Shown: piece by piece, positions 1 to 10,580 of the stretch
Numbering within the stretch: position 1 is the stretch's first letter
Layout: each line of letters opens with the position of its first letter
NCBI RefSeq assembly: GCF_001194135.2
Contig: NC_069000.1
Location: forward strand, 27,918,958 to 27,961,934
Direction of reading: 5' to 3'
DNA: 42,977 nucleotides
DNA from: Octopus bimaculoides
Lineage: Eukaryota
The notes under the pieces: generated by a model
The model's database searches: none
What the model was told of the DNA's origin: nothing
What the model saw: the letters and a program-made list of their open reading frames with translations, nothing else
Translations under genes and position numbers: made by a program

Positions 1-762
1 CAAATATGCCGACTTCAAGTCAACGATCGTCACTGCCTTGGTCGACTGTCTCCACACACGTAACGTCTCACCGCAAACGTCCGTTGCCTCGCCTCCCGTG
101 TGGCATGATATATGGTCGTTTAGCTCCCTAAAGTCAAGCACCGGTCTGACTTTTCCTTTCGTCGGCTGCACCACCGCCATTAGAGGCAGCACTCCACTCA
201 TCACCTCCTCTTTCCACGGGACAAGGACTCCTTCCTTGATCCATCTCTCTACCTCATCGTCGAACTCGATGCCGGCATGACCTTTCAACGTATGCTGGTA
301 GCAGCTCACCCTGTTCTTTAGTAGTGGGGGCTCGTCCTTCCATCTCCACTCTATCGTCCACCTCCGACCATCAGACGCCGCCTGAAAATCTTTGTCTTCG
401 ATGGTGTAAGCGGCGCTGTCCTCGACGGGGCTCTGCTCTCCCTGGCGGTCCCGACTCACGGCGCACGATACCCCCATGCTTCCGAACGTGACCTCATCTC
501 CTGCAATCCTAACGCTACCAAGACGGTTGATGGCGTCCTTCCCCAACACCACGTCAATCTCATCCACCAAGCGGCCAACTACTATTGCTTGCAGCGTTAG
601 CTTTGCTCCCTGCACCTCAATCTGCACGTCAGTAATGCCTTCACAGCGTACCTCTCTTCCGTCGACTGCCCTCACACTGCTTTCTCCACTCCGCGTCTCT
701 ACCACTCCCGGAGTCATCAGGGTCGTTGTACAGCCCGTGTCCACAAGCGCACGCGACATCTT
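1..762 (-). CDS. Ty3/Gypsy pol fragment: aspartic protease plus N-terminal reverse transcriptase, runs off window start and into the N gap
   Basis: Manual minus-strand translation gives 254 codons with no stop: KMSRALVDTGCTTTLM (retropepsin D-T-G motif) ... KGKVRPVLDFRELN ... VTIVDLKSAYL (Gypsy RT motifs). Absent from the ORF track because it has no terminal stop. Confidence 0.92.
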
Positions 763-1662
763 CCNNNNNNNNNNNNNNNNNNNNNNNNNNNNNNNNNNNN
801 NNNNNNNNNNNNNNNNNNNNNNNNNNNNNNNNNNNNNNNNNNNNNNNNNNNNNNNNNNNNNNNNNNNNNNNNNNNNNNNNNNNNNNNNNNNNNNNNNNNN
901 NNNNNNNNNNNNNNNNNNNNNNNNNNNNNNNNNNNNNNNNNNNNNNNNNNNNNNNNNNNNNNNNNNNNNNNNNNNNNNNNNNNNNNNNNNNNNNNNNNNN
1001 NNNNNNNNNNNNNNNNNNNNNNNNNNNNNNNNNNNNNNNNNNNNNNNNNNNNNNNNNNNNNNNNNNNNNNNNNNNNNNNNNNNNNNNNNNNNNNNNNNNN
1101 NNNNNNNNNNNNNNNNNNNNNNNNNNNNNNNNNNNNNNNNNNNNNNNNNNNNNNNNNNNNNNNNNNNNNNNNNNNNNNNNNNNNNNNNNNNNNNNNNNNN
1201 NNNNNNNNNNNNNNNNNNNNNNNNNNNNNNNNNNNNNNNNNNNNNNNNNNNNNNNNNNNNNNNNNNNNNNNNNNNNNNNNNNNNNNNNNNNNNNNNNNNN
1301 NNNNNNNNNNNNNNNNNNNNNNNNNNNNNNNNNNNNNNNNNNNNNNNNNNNNNNNNNNNNNNNNNNNNNNNNNNNNNNNNNNNNNNNNNNNNNNNNNNNN
1401 NNNNNNNNNNNNNNNNNNNNNNNNNNNNNNNNNNNNNNNNNNNNNNNNNNNNNNNNNNNNNNNNNNNNNNNNNNNNNNNNNNNNNNNNNNNNNNNNNNNN
1501 NNNNNNNNNNNNNNNNNNNNNNNNNNNNNNNNNNNNNNNNNNNNNNNNNNNNNNNNNNNNNNNNNNNNNNNNNNNNNNNNNNNNNNNNNNNNNNNNNNNN
1601 NNNNNNNNNNNNNNNNNNNNNNNNNNNNNNNNNNNNNNNNNNNNNNNNNNNNNNNNNNNNNN

Positions 1663-1916
1663 GGAAGAAGACCACAAGAAGCAAAAGGACAGAATGAAGC
1701 GTTGGACCTTACCTTGCCGACCGCAGCGGGGTACACGATCGCTCCTAATCAGAACACGTCTTTCTCGTAACGTCGCTGTTTTTTCACTGGCCCCACGTGC
1801 TAGCCTTCGACTGCGTGTCCCCGACTTCCGATCTGACCCTTCCGGTTTGGCCCTTCCGGTCTGGCTTCACCTCTGTTTGCCTCACCCCTCTCCACCACAA
1901 CACATAGCTCGTCACA
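1663..1916 (-). mobile_element. Probable 5' LTR of the Gypsy element, remainder in the gap
   Basis: GC/CpG-rich block upstream of the pol ORF. It begins TGTGACG on the minus strand at 1916, where composition switches to AT-rich DNA. No PBS visible because of gap 765-1662. Confidence 0.55.
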
Positions 1917-2280
1917 GCCCATAATACCACAGAAACTATAAGATGTGCCTTTTATTTTGCTATCTTTTTGGCTCTTATCTAAATCGAAGAGGTGTTTTTA
2001 CATTCGGCAAAATAATTGACCACTAATTGCAATAATTAATTGGCCTGTATCCCAATTAAAATTGATTACTAGGAAAATAATTGATTGCAAAGGTTCCAAT
2101 CAATTATCTACAACCCCTGTGCGTATGTGAGTGTGTAAGAAAAAAAACATTCTCTAACAGAAAATTATGCTATAAAAAAAAAATCATCTTTTACATACCT
2201 TTTATTAAAATCACTCTGGATAAATTCCAGCAATAATCTTCTCAGCTCTCCAATATTTTAGAATTATAAACAGAAATAAT

Positions 2281-3475
2281 CAGAGGCAGGGAGTGAAGCT
2301 AAAAAAATCATAAATTTTCAAATTTTTCTTTTTTTTTTATAGCATAGATGTGTTTATGGGGGGAAATATTGAAAAACATTAATACATATTTGAGTGAAGA
2401 AAAAAACAAGGAGGCTGGTCTTGCGATGTGCTAGAAACAACAGCCAAATTTTCCTGAAATTGCACACTTTTTCCTCTGAAAACAAATTTTCCTTTTTTTA
2501 ACCGAAAAGGTTTCTCTCATGTTTTTTAAGTGCAGAGTGAAAAAGGAAAAAGAGAAAAAAAATGGCTAAAATCGGTCTGGACTGTGATGGTGAGGGGTTG
2601 GCAGGAGTGAAAAAAATCATAAATTTTCAAAATATTTTAATTTATTCCATGAAAAGATGCCTCCCATCATTCTGAAGAGTGTGCTGCAAAAAAAATTAGA
2701 AAAAATCCCCGTCAAAACGGAGAAATTTCAACTTACGAAGGCCGTCTGATCCGAAACTCTGCTTTCCAGAAACTCCTCTCCCTACCCCCTTCCAAAAGAT
2801 TTTGCTTACAAATTTCTTTGTAATCGTAATCTACACCGTTTGAAAGGTATTTGTATAAAATTTCATTAAAAATTACTTATTTTCCTGAAAGTTATGAGGG
2901 ATAAAATGTCAGGTCATGTGAATTTTCCGAAACTCCTGTCCCCAACCCCTCAGAAGAATTTTATTCAACAAATCTTTACATAGTGCAGGAGTGGCTGTGT
3001 GGTAAGTAGCTTGCTTACCAACCACATAGTTCCGGGTTCAGTCCCACTGCGTGGCATCTTGGGCAAGTGTCTTCTACTATAGCCTCGGGCCGACCAAAGC
3101 CTTGTGAGAGGATTTGGTAGACGGAAACTGAAAGAAGCCCATCGTATATATGTATGTATATATATGTGTGTGTATGTGTCTGTGTTTGTCCCCCTAGCAT
3201 TGCTTGACAACTGATGCTGGTGTGTTTATGTCCCCGTAACTTAGCGGTTCGGCAATAGAGGCCGATAGAATAAGTACTAGGCTTACAAAGAATAAGTCCT
3301 GGGGTCGATTTGCTCGACTAAAGGCGGTGCTCCAGCATGGCCGCAGTCAAATGACTGAAACAAGTAAAAGAGTAAAAGAGAGTAAAGAGTATACACTCAA
3401 TCTACAAGATCTAAGCGATTATTTGTTGAAAGTTTCATTAAAAAGTATCCATTTTTCTGGAAGTTATGAGGCAAC
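2281..3475. repeat. AT-rich repeat family built of ~150-160-bp monomers, interrupted by the SINE at 2985-3391
   Basis: GAAACTCCT..CCC.ACCCC recurs at 2769 and 2929 (period 160). A monomer-like segment resumes after the SINE (tttcattaaaaagtatccatttt..gaagttatgagg). Same family occurs at 10025-10340, 11405-11810, 12221-12655 and 32100-32410. Confidence 0.75.
2985..3391 (+). mobile_element. tRNA-derived SINE
   Basis: A-box-like gtggctgtgtggtaa, B-box-like ggttcagtccc, central cttgggcaagtgtcttc, internal (TA/TG)n, tail cagcatggccgcagtc..tgactgaaacaagtaaaagag with (gagtaaa)n repeats. Confidence 0.85.
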
Positions 3476-4202
3476 AAAGTGAGCAGGGTATATATCTGTA
3501 GTTATGCCATAAATCTCCTAAAATAGGTTATAAGCTGCAATGGTTAAGTCCAAAAAGAAGAAAAGTCTGTCATACGAGGTCTAGTTGCCTTTAAAAGAAT
3601 ACATAATTGTAGAAAGGAGAATTAGTTGAGGTTATTTCCAGGAAGTGACTAGTAGTAAAGATGTAAATGTGGGGTCCTGTCAGTGCTAAGAAATATAAAT
3701 AATACTGGAAGTGTTTGCGAAATTGCTGCCCACCTTAGGTACCAATCTAACTGCCAACAGTGGGAAGGAGACAATAATTTAAATCTATATCACATTATTA
3801 TTGTATTCATTCAATAAGTGTGAAAAAGTCAACGCAAAGAACTTTTGAACTTAGAAATTAAAATTACAGGATTAAAATCTTGCTAATGTATACAATCTAA
3901 CAATTTTAATGAACTTAAATTTTTTTCTGAACAATACATCTTTACTTAAGGGACAGTGCAGTAAATTCCTATTTTATCGAAACACCACCAAAATATTTAC
4001 TCTATGTTGGTTACCCCAAGGTGAATCTTAATTGAGCAGACCTATGGAAAAAAGCATTCCAGCAATGAACCTCCCACCTTATAAGATTTATGGCAATATT
4101 ATTTATTGTATCCATTACTCTTTAAGAGGATGGAATGCTATCTGAGGTACATTTGGCTGCTATTATAGCATGGCAAACACCCAAGCAGAGGCTTTATTTT
4201 AG

Positions 4203-4259
4203 CTCATTCATTTACTTCCATATGGTGTATAATAGCAATTTGTTGGATTCTAAGTCTCT
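4203..4259 (+). CDS. Candidate 57-nt host exon (unidentified, hydrophobic)
   Basis: ttattttAG acceptor and ct|GTAAGT donor; phase 1-1 frame open: (A)HSFTSIWCIIAICWILSL. Signal-based only. Confidence 0.2.
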
Positions 4260-4674
4260 GTAAGTTACATTCATATCTACTGGAGACAGTCAGTTCAACA
4301 TTACAAGCTAATGAAACACTCACTACATTTAGAAAGTAAACACTGCTTACAGCAGTGACTTGTTTAAACTCTAACTGCTAGGTACTTGAGCCATCATACT
4401 TTCATGTGATTGATCTATAAATTAACCAATCAGCATGAAGCTGTGGCATGCTATGACTTATTCAAATGTTCTAGCATTTACCCTCTGTCACCTTATAAAA
4501 ACTGTTAGATGCTTAACTCAGAACCCAGACAGCCGACAAACTGCTGATACCACAGGCCACATTGGACTTTTGCACAGACAACTCCTGGCACTTGGACACA
4601 CCACATGATGTCCCACAGTTTTCTGCATTCACAGACCAGTTTTTCTTTCCTCCCAGTTGGCAATTATTAATATT

Positions 4675-5468
4675 CATCATCATCATTTAACGTCCGCTTT
4701 CCATGCTAGCATGGGTTGGATGATTTGACTGAGGACTGGTGAACCAGATGGTTACACCAGGCTCCAATCTGATTTGGCAGAGTTTCTACAGCTGGATGCC
4801 CTTCCTAATGCCAACCACTCCAAGAGTGTAGTGGGTGCTTTTACGTGCCACCAGCACGAAGGCCAGTCAGGCAGTACTGGCAACAGCCATGCTCAAAATG
4901 GTGTATTTTACGTGCCACCTGCACAGGAGCCAGTCCAGTGGCACTGGCAACGATCTCGCTTGAATGTCTTTACACATGCCACCGGCACAAGTGCCAGGAA
5001 GGCGACGCTGTGCACAGGTGCCATCATGATTTTGCTTTCGCTTTGCAAGACGAGTTTCGTGTCCAATGAAGGAGACGACGTTAGCATGGGTGCCAGTCGT
5101 CAAATTTAGTTCGATTTCGATTTCATTTACCTCAAGCAGAGTTTAGTGTCCAATGAAGGAAAGGTACGCATAAGTGGGCTGGTTACATCCCTGGCAGAGG
5201 CCTTGGATTTAGGTCTCACTTGGCTTGCCGGGTCTTCTCACGCACAACCTATTTCCAACGGTCTCAGTCAGAAGTCATCGCCTCGGTGAGGCCCAATGTT
5301 CGAAGGTCGTGCCTCACCACCTCATCCCAGGTCTTCCTGGGCCTACCTCTTCCACAGGTTCCCTCAACTGCTAGAGTGTGACACTTTTTCACACAGCTAT
5401 CCTCATCCAATCTCGCCACATGACCATACCAACGCAATCGTCGCTCTTGCACACCACAACTGATGCTT
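4675..5468 (-). mobile_element. RTE-clade LINE, 3' fragment with modular 3' UTR and (GAT)n tail
   Basis: ORF end QERRLRWYGHVARLDEDSCVKKC..GRGRPRKTWDEVV (RTE C-terminal signature). The 3' UTR is the reverse complement of 24648-25318. Confidence 0.9.
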
Positions 5469-6547
5469 TAATATTGTTCATTGTAAATGGCCAACACCAA
5501 ATATACTATGTCCAGCAATAAATATTACAATTAAATGTTTGTGACTTTGCTTCAGTTTTTATCCATGCAGCCAGCAATGATGTTCCACACATACACTACA
5601 ACAATGATGAGATAATATTCATACAACAACAATAATTAAGCCATCCATCTAGACAATGGTGACTCAGATGTTTGAAATTAAATTTTATCTGAACAGTATA
5701 TCTTTACTTTAGGGGCAGTGCAATGAATCCTTGTTCGATCAACATTGACCAACTCAACTCAAGCAATAAGCAAACCAAGCAACACTGCTCTGTAATAATA
5801 TTTGTTTACAGCCAAGTACCTTGAGCAAGGTATTTCATTTTATATTGCTTTAGGTTACTCAGCTGTAGTGAGTGTCAGTACTCTAACTCTAGTTGTTCCA
5901 TTGGATAAAGTGGGTAGAAATCCAGAGTGTACCTCTATTTGCTTGCAACAACATGGGCACAAAAAAACAATTTATGAAAGCATCAGACATTACCAAGCTA
6001 GACTTGCAGTTAAGTGTAATCAGATATAAACAGTTAATGTAGATAAATTTCAGTTTTTGTTTGTTAATCACTTGTGGAGTGAGGTGCCTATAACCTTTGC
6101 AGGTCATCCTAGATGAGTATGACATTTGTTTCATGTTTGGTCAATTGCTGCAGGAAAGATCTGGGTTGAGAGTGAATTCCAGAGGGCACTATTTTGAAAC
6201 AAAAGAATTGAACGAAGTGTTTAGCGTGAAGAGACACAGTAAAGATGAGGCAGGGAAGAAAGATGTGTCAAGAGGACATATACTTAGTTCAGAAAAGCAA
6301 CAGCTGTTGTAGTAGAATAGAAGAGATGGAGAAGAATCACTACTGTGGTTGTAGAGTATAGGGGGAATTAATCTTGGCAATTAGATGAACAGACTTCTCT
6401 TGAATACAATGTAGATTATTTACACATGCAATGTCAGCATCATAAGCAGTACTTTAAGTTTTGTAGAGAATCAACAAATGGTCAGGGATAAAATATTTCA
6501 TCACCAGAAGAGAAAATCTAGTCTTAAGAATACAAATTTAGTAATAT

Positions 6548-6700
6548 TATATCTACTATATAAATGAGCGTATATATATTTATGTGTAACTCTGAAAGGC
6601 TCTGAGATGGTACATCCTTGACAAAAACAGATTTGACTTTTGAAATTTGCATCCCAATGAGAATGTTTTCACTAAATAAGATCAAAAAATATAATTTGAT
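6548..6700 (+). mobile_element. Possible non-autonomous Helitron/Helentron-like fragment
   Basis: Starts atctactatataaa, resembling Helitron-type 5' ends. No 3' hairpin/CTAG confirmed. Confidence 0.3.
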
Positions 6701-7002
6701 ACAAGAAATAACTCAACTTTTAAATCATTAAATTTCTTTCTGTCTGTCTATCTCTCTGTCTTGTATGCTTTCTCTCTCTATATATATATATATTTACCGC
6801 ACTCTCACTCTTTCACTGCAAATATATATCTCTCATGCATGCTACTCTCCCTCTTTCTCTTGATATGACATGTAGTTGCTTTCATTTTGTTAAAAACTTT
6901 GTGGCTGTAATGTTTGCTTTCATTTTGTGGTTGACAGCTATCACGCAGAAAATGCTATCTTCTGAATCCTGTTTTCTGACTGGGTAAAAATGATCACTTA
7001 AT

Positions 7003-7367
7003 GTGGAGGGAAATTGTGGAAGAGGATGACCTAGAAAGACATGGGATAAAATATTGAAGGCTGATCTCAAAATATTGAGCCTTACAAAGATGACAGAAAA
7101 CTGAAGTATGTGGTGCATTTCTGTATTCAAGAAGACCTGCCCACAACAACAGAATTGAAATCCTAAAACCAAGGCGCCATGTAAAAAGCATTGGTCTAAC
7201 TACTGGTGCCATGTAAAAGTACGCGGTACATCCAGTTGTAGGAACCAAGCCAAAACAGACTATGGAAACTATTGTGGCCCCCCCAACCTTGCCAGTTCCT
7301 GTCAAGCTGTTCAACCCATGCCAGTATGGAAAACAGATGTTAAATGTTGATGATGATGATGATGATG
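7003..7367 (+). mobile_element. Degraded RTE 3' fragment
   Basis: gagggaaattgtggaagaggatgacctagaaagacatggg (decayed GRGRPRKTW) and tail caacccatgccagtatggaaaacagatgttaaa(tga)n, shared with the other copies. Confidence 0.8.
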
Positions 7368-7764
7368 TAAGGAAGCCCAAAAATAATGTAAAATATCAGT
7401 GCTAGAAAAAGCAGTCAAGAGTTCATTATTTTTTCTCTTCTTAGGGAAAATGGTTTACAAATCATTTTAATGTAATAAAAAGTTATTTTCTACACAATCT
7501 TCAAGAGTTGATAAAATAAAGTACCAATCCAGTGCTGGTGGTTGTTTTAATTCATTCTACTCTGCCCACAAAATTTGTGACCATGCGGCTAATACAACAT
7601 TTGTGATTTTATAGTCTTTAGGTAATGTTTTGTGCAACATTTTAGTATTCATTTATTTTGTTGGTTTCAGTCATTGAACAGTAACTATAGCTACTATAGT
7701 TAATCATATCAATTTCAGTTGCTACTTCAATCTTAATTTAAAGGATGAAGTTCTTTCCCATGTC

Positions 7765-7988
7765 ATATAGATTCATATGGCCAGTTTCCCGGTTTCTGTG
7801 GTGTATATATTCCACCCCTGAATGGGACACTATTCTATCACAGGGTTACTTATTTTTACCAGCTGAAGGGACTGGAGCAATGTGAAATGAAGTGTTTTGC
7901 TCATGTATACAATGCATTGCCCAGTCCAGGAATTGAAACCACAAGCTTATGATCATGAGTCCAACACTCTAGCCACCAAGCCATGGTG
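7765..7988 (-). mobile_element. tRNA-derived SINE with V-domain-like body
   Basis: Minus strand: atggcttggtggctagagtgttggactcatgatc..ggtttcaattcctgg (A/B boxes), then gagcaaaacacttcatttcacattgctccag. Confidence 0.7.
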
Positions 7989-8164
7989 TCTAGAGTATTG
8001 TCTGGAGTGTTGTCTAATGCGAACCCAGAGCAATTTCTTATCTCTTACACTATTTCAGTATTACATTTCTACTCAGTCTTGATTTCTCAAACTAATGAAG
8101 TTGCAGGTGACAAAGGAACACAATATTAGTTTAAATTGAAATAAATATAAACACAGATACACAC

Positions 8165-8217
<53 letters not shown>

Positions 8218-8264
8218 ACCTGTGTGTGTGAGTGTGTGTGTGTGTTTGTATATATGGATATATC

Positions 8265-8530
8265 TATATCTATCTATATATATATATATATATATATAAA
8301 GATGAGAATGTGTTTGACTGTGTGTCTGTCTGTGTGTCTGTCTATGTGTCTGTCTGTCTGTGTGAATCCCTAAAACCTGAGAACTACACAACTGATTTCA
8401 TTCAAATTTTGCTTATGCCTTACTTAGGGTCCATGCTGTGTCATGGGCCAAAAAAAATTTTCAACTTTTTGTCTAATGCGGACCCAGAGCAATTTCTTAT
8501 CTCGTACACTATTTCAGTATTACATTTCTA
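8265..8530 (+). mobile_element. DINE/HINE-like (Helentron-associated) non-autonomous element
   Basis: tctatatata..taaagatgagaatgtg, (CTGT)n, then gaactacacaactgatttcattcaaatttt: the 5' end, microsatellite and core arrangement typical of DINE-1/Lep1-like elements. Confidence 0.45.
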
Positions 8531-9848
8531 TTGTAATGTGAGATGATACTTTCAGTTTGAAAGAAGTCCGTCCTATATATATATATTCCTTAAGCATTCC
8601 AAAACCGAGTTACCGATTTTGGCGTATGAGATATCAAAAGATTCAGTACTATTTCAGCTATAAACTAAACTTAATTTCTATTCATATATTTGCATTTCAA
8701 AAATTCAACAATATAATCTTTTCCATAAATCAACTATCAAACATTTTATACGATGATGTCACATTTTCTGTGTACCTTAAAAGACATCAGTCATCACAAC
8801 ACACACTCACTCTATCTCTTTCTCTGTTTCCCACTCTTTCTCTTTCTCACACACATATGCACATACACATCCATTTCATATACACATACATATATCTTTC
8901 ATTTTCTCATCTTCACTTTCTTTCTCTCTGTCCTTTTCGCTTTCTCTTCTTTCAATTTCTGCTCTCTTCAAATAATTTTTTACGGAATGAGTGGAAGAAA
9001 TACAAAATGAGAAAAAGACAGAGACAAGAGAAAGAAACAGAGACAGAAAACAAATTTCTATGGGAGAAGATGAAAGACAGGGATAGCGGATGACAGAGAA
9101 ATGCAGATGTTTGATACCTTATGTATGTTCTAACAGTAAGAGAGAGAGAGAGTGTGTATGTTCATTTTGCATTCCAAAATTGGGTTCCTATTTTGACGTA
9201 TGGGGTATCAAAATATTCAGTAATTGTTTTGGTTATCAAATAAACTATATTTTCATTTACATATATTCTATGTTATCTCAACAACCAGCTATAGTCATTT
9301 GAAAGCTACTGCTCCACAATGACCAGGTTTCATTAGAAAGTGAAAATAGTTTCATACTTTCAATTTCGACCAAAATTACAAAGTGTTGCATTACGAGAGT
9401 GACAATGTTTCAATAACGAAAGCAATGTTTTGCTGAATTAGTCACATCTGTACTATAATAAAGGAAGCTGCTTATCATCTATAATGTGATATGGCTATAA
9501 TATTGTTTCACTTTCATTCTTTCACTTTTAATTCTAATGTGATAACATTAAGATCATCTTATTTCTTTTATTTTTCAAATAAATGAATAATTTACATCCT
9601 AATGTGAACAACATTACGCATCGGGAACTTTCTGTCTTTACGGCCACCACAGCAGAATGGTGTGTCAGTGTATGTGCTGATTGACATAATGAATGGCTGG
9701 AGGTGAAACTCTTGACAAAAAACAATGAGGTGGATACTTAATTTATTTGTATCACAATAAGAACATGGCAAATAGTTTAATACAAATAAAATTTAAACAA
9801 ACATGCATCAACAAATAAGTATAAAAAGTGCCTACACATGTTTCAATC

Positions 9849-10545
9849 AGGACAAAAGCCCCAAGGACAAAAGCTCCTTAGACAAAAGCCCGATAGTTAA
9901 AGTGTGAAAGTGGACAAAAGCTCCACGGTTATATTTTCCGGTTATTTTTTCTTTTTTTTTCTTTTTACTGTTTGCAGTCATTAGACTGTGGCCATGCTGG
10001 GGCACCACCTTGAGAAAATTTTATTTTATAATTTCACGTAAGCAAAAATGGAAATCATAATTGTAAAAAAAGAAAAACACTTTATAGAAATACTTTTCAA
10101 ATGGCATACATTAGGATTATGAAGAAATTTGTGGGGAAAATCTTCGGAAAATTCACAAGAACTGAATTTTTCCTTTGTAACTGTTAGGAAAATGTGTTTT
10201 TTTATTGAAATTTTGGTTAAATACCTTTCAAATGACATGCATTACGATTATAAAGTAATTTGTGGAGAAAATCTTGAGGTAGGGAGAGGACTTTCAGAAA
10301 ATTCCCAAGATCTGAATTTTTCCTCATTATATTCTGAAATCACATTCAACTTTCTACAGATACCCTAGCGTAGTACTACTACACTATGTAGTGTTTATTT
10401 CTACCCACTTTTAATAATTTTTAATGTTTTGGCTTCAATTTTGTTTAATTTTAGCTTCAATTATTTTTGCACTTTCTTAACCCTTCCATCGTTATTCTCA
10501 TTCACTCGTTATTATGTTCTCTCTCTCTATCTATCTATCTATCTA

Positions 10546-10580
<35 letters not shown>

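Noticed and set aside
476-1924. Long ORFs spanning N gaps (also at 10429-11456, 20897-21460, 23515-24839, 31343-32029, 34442-35641)
   Set aside because: Length comes from X runs; not evidence of genes.
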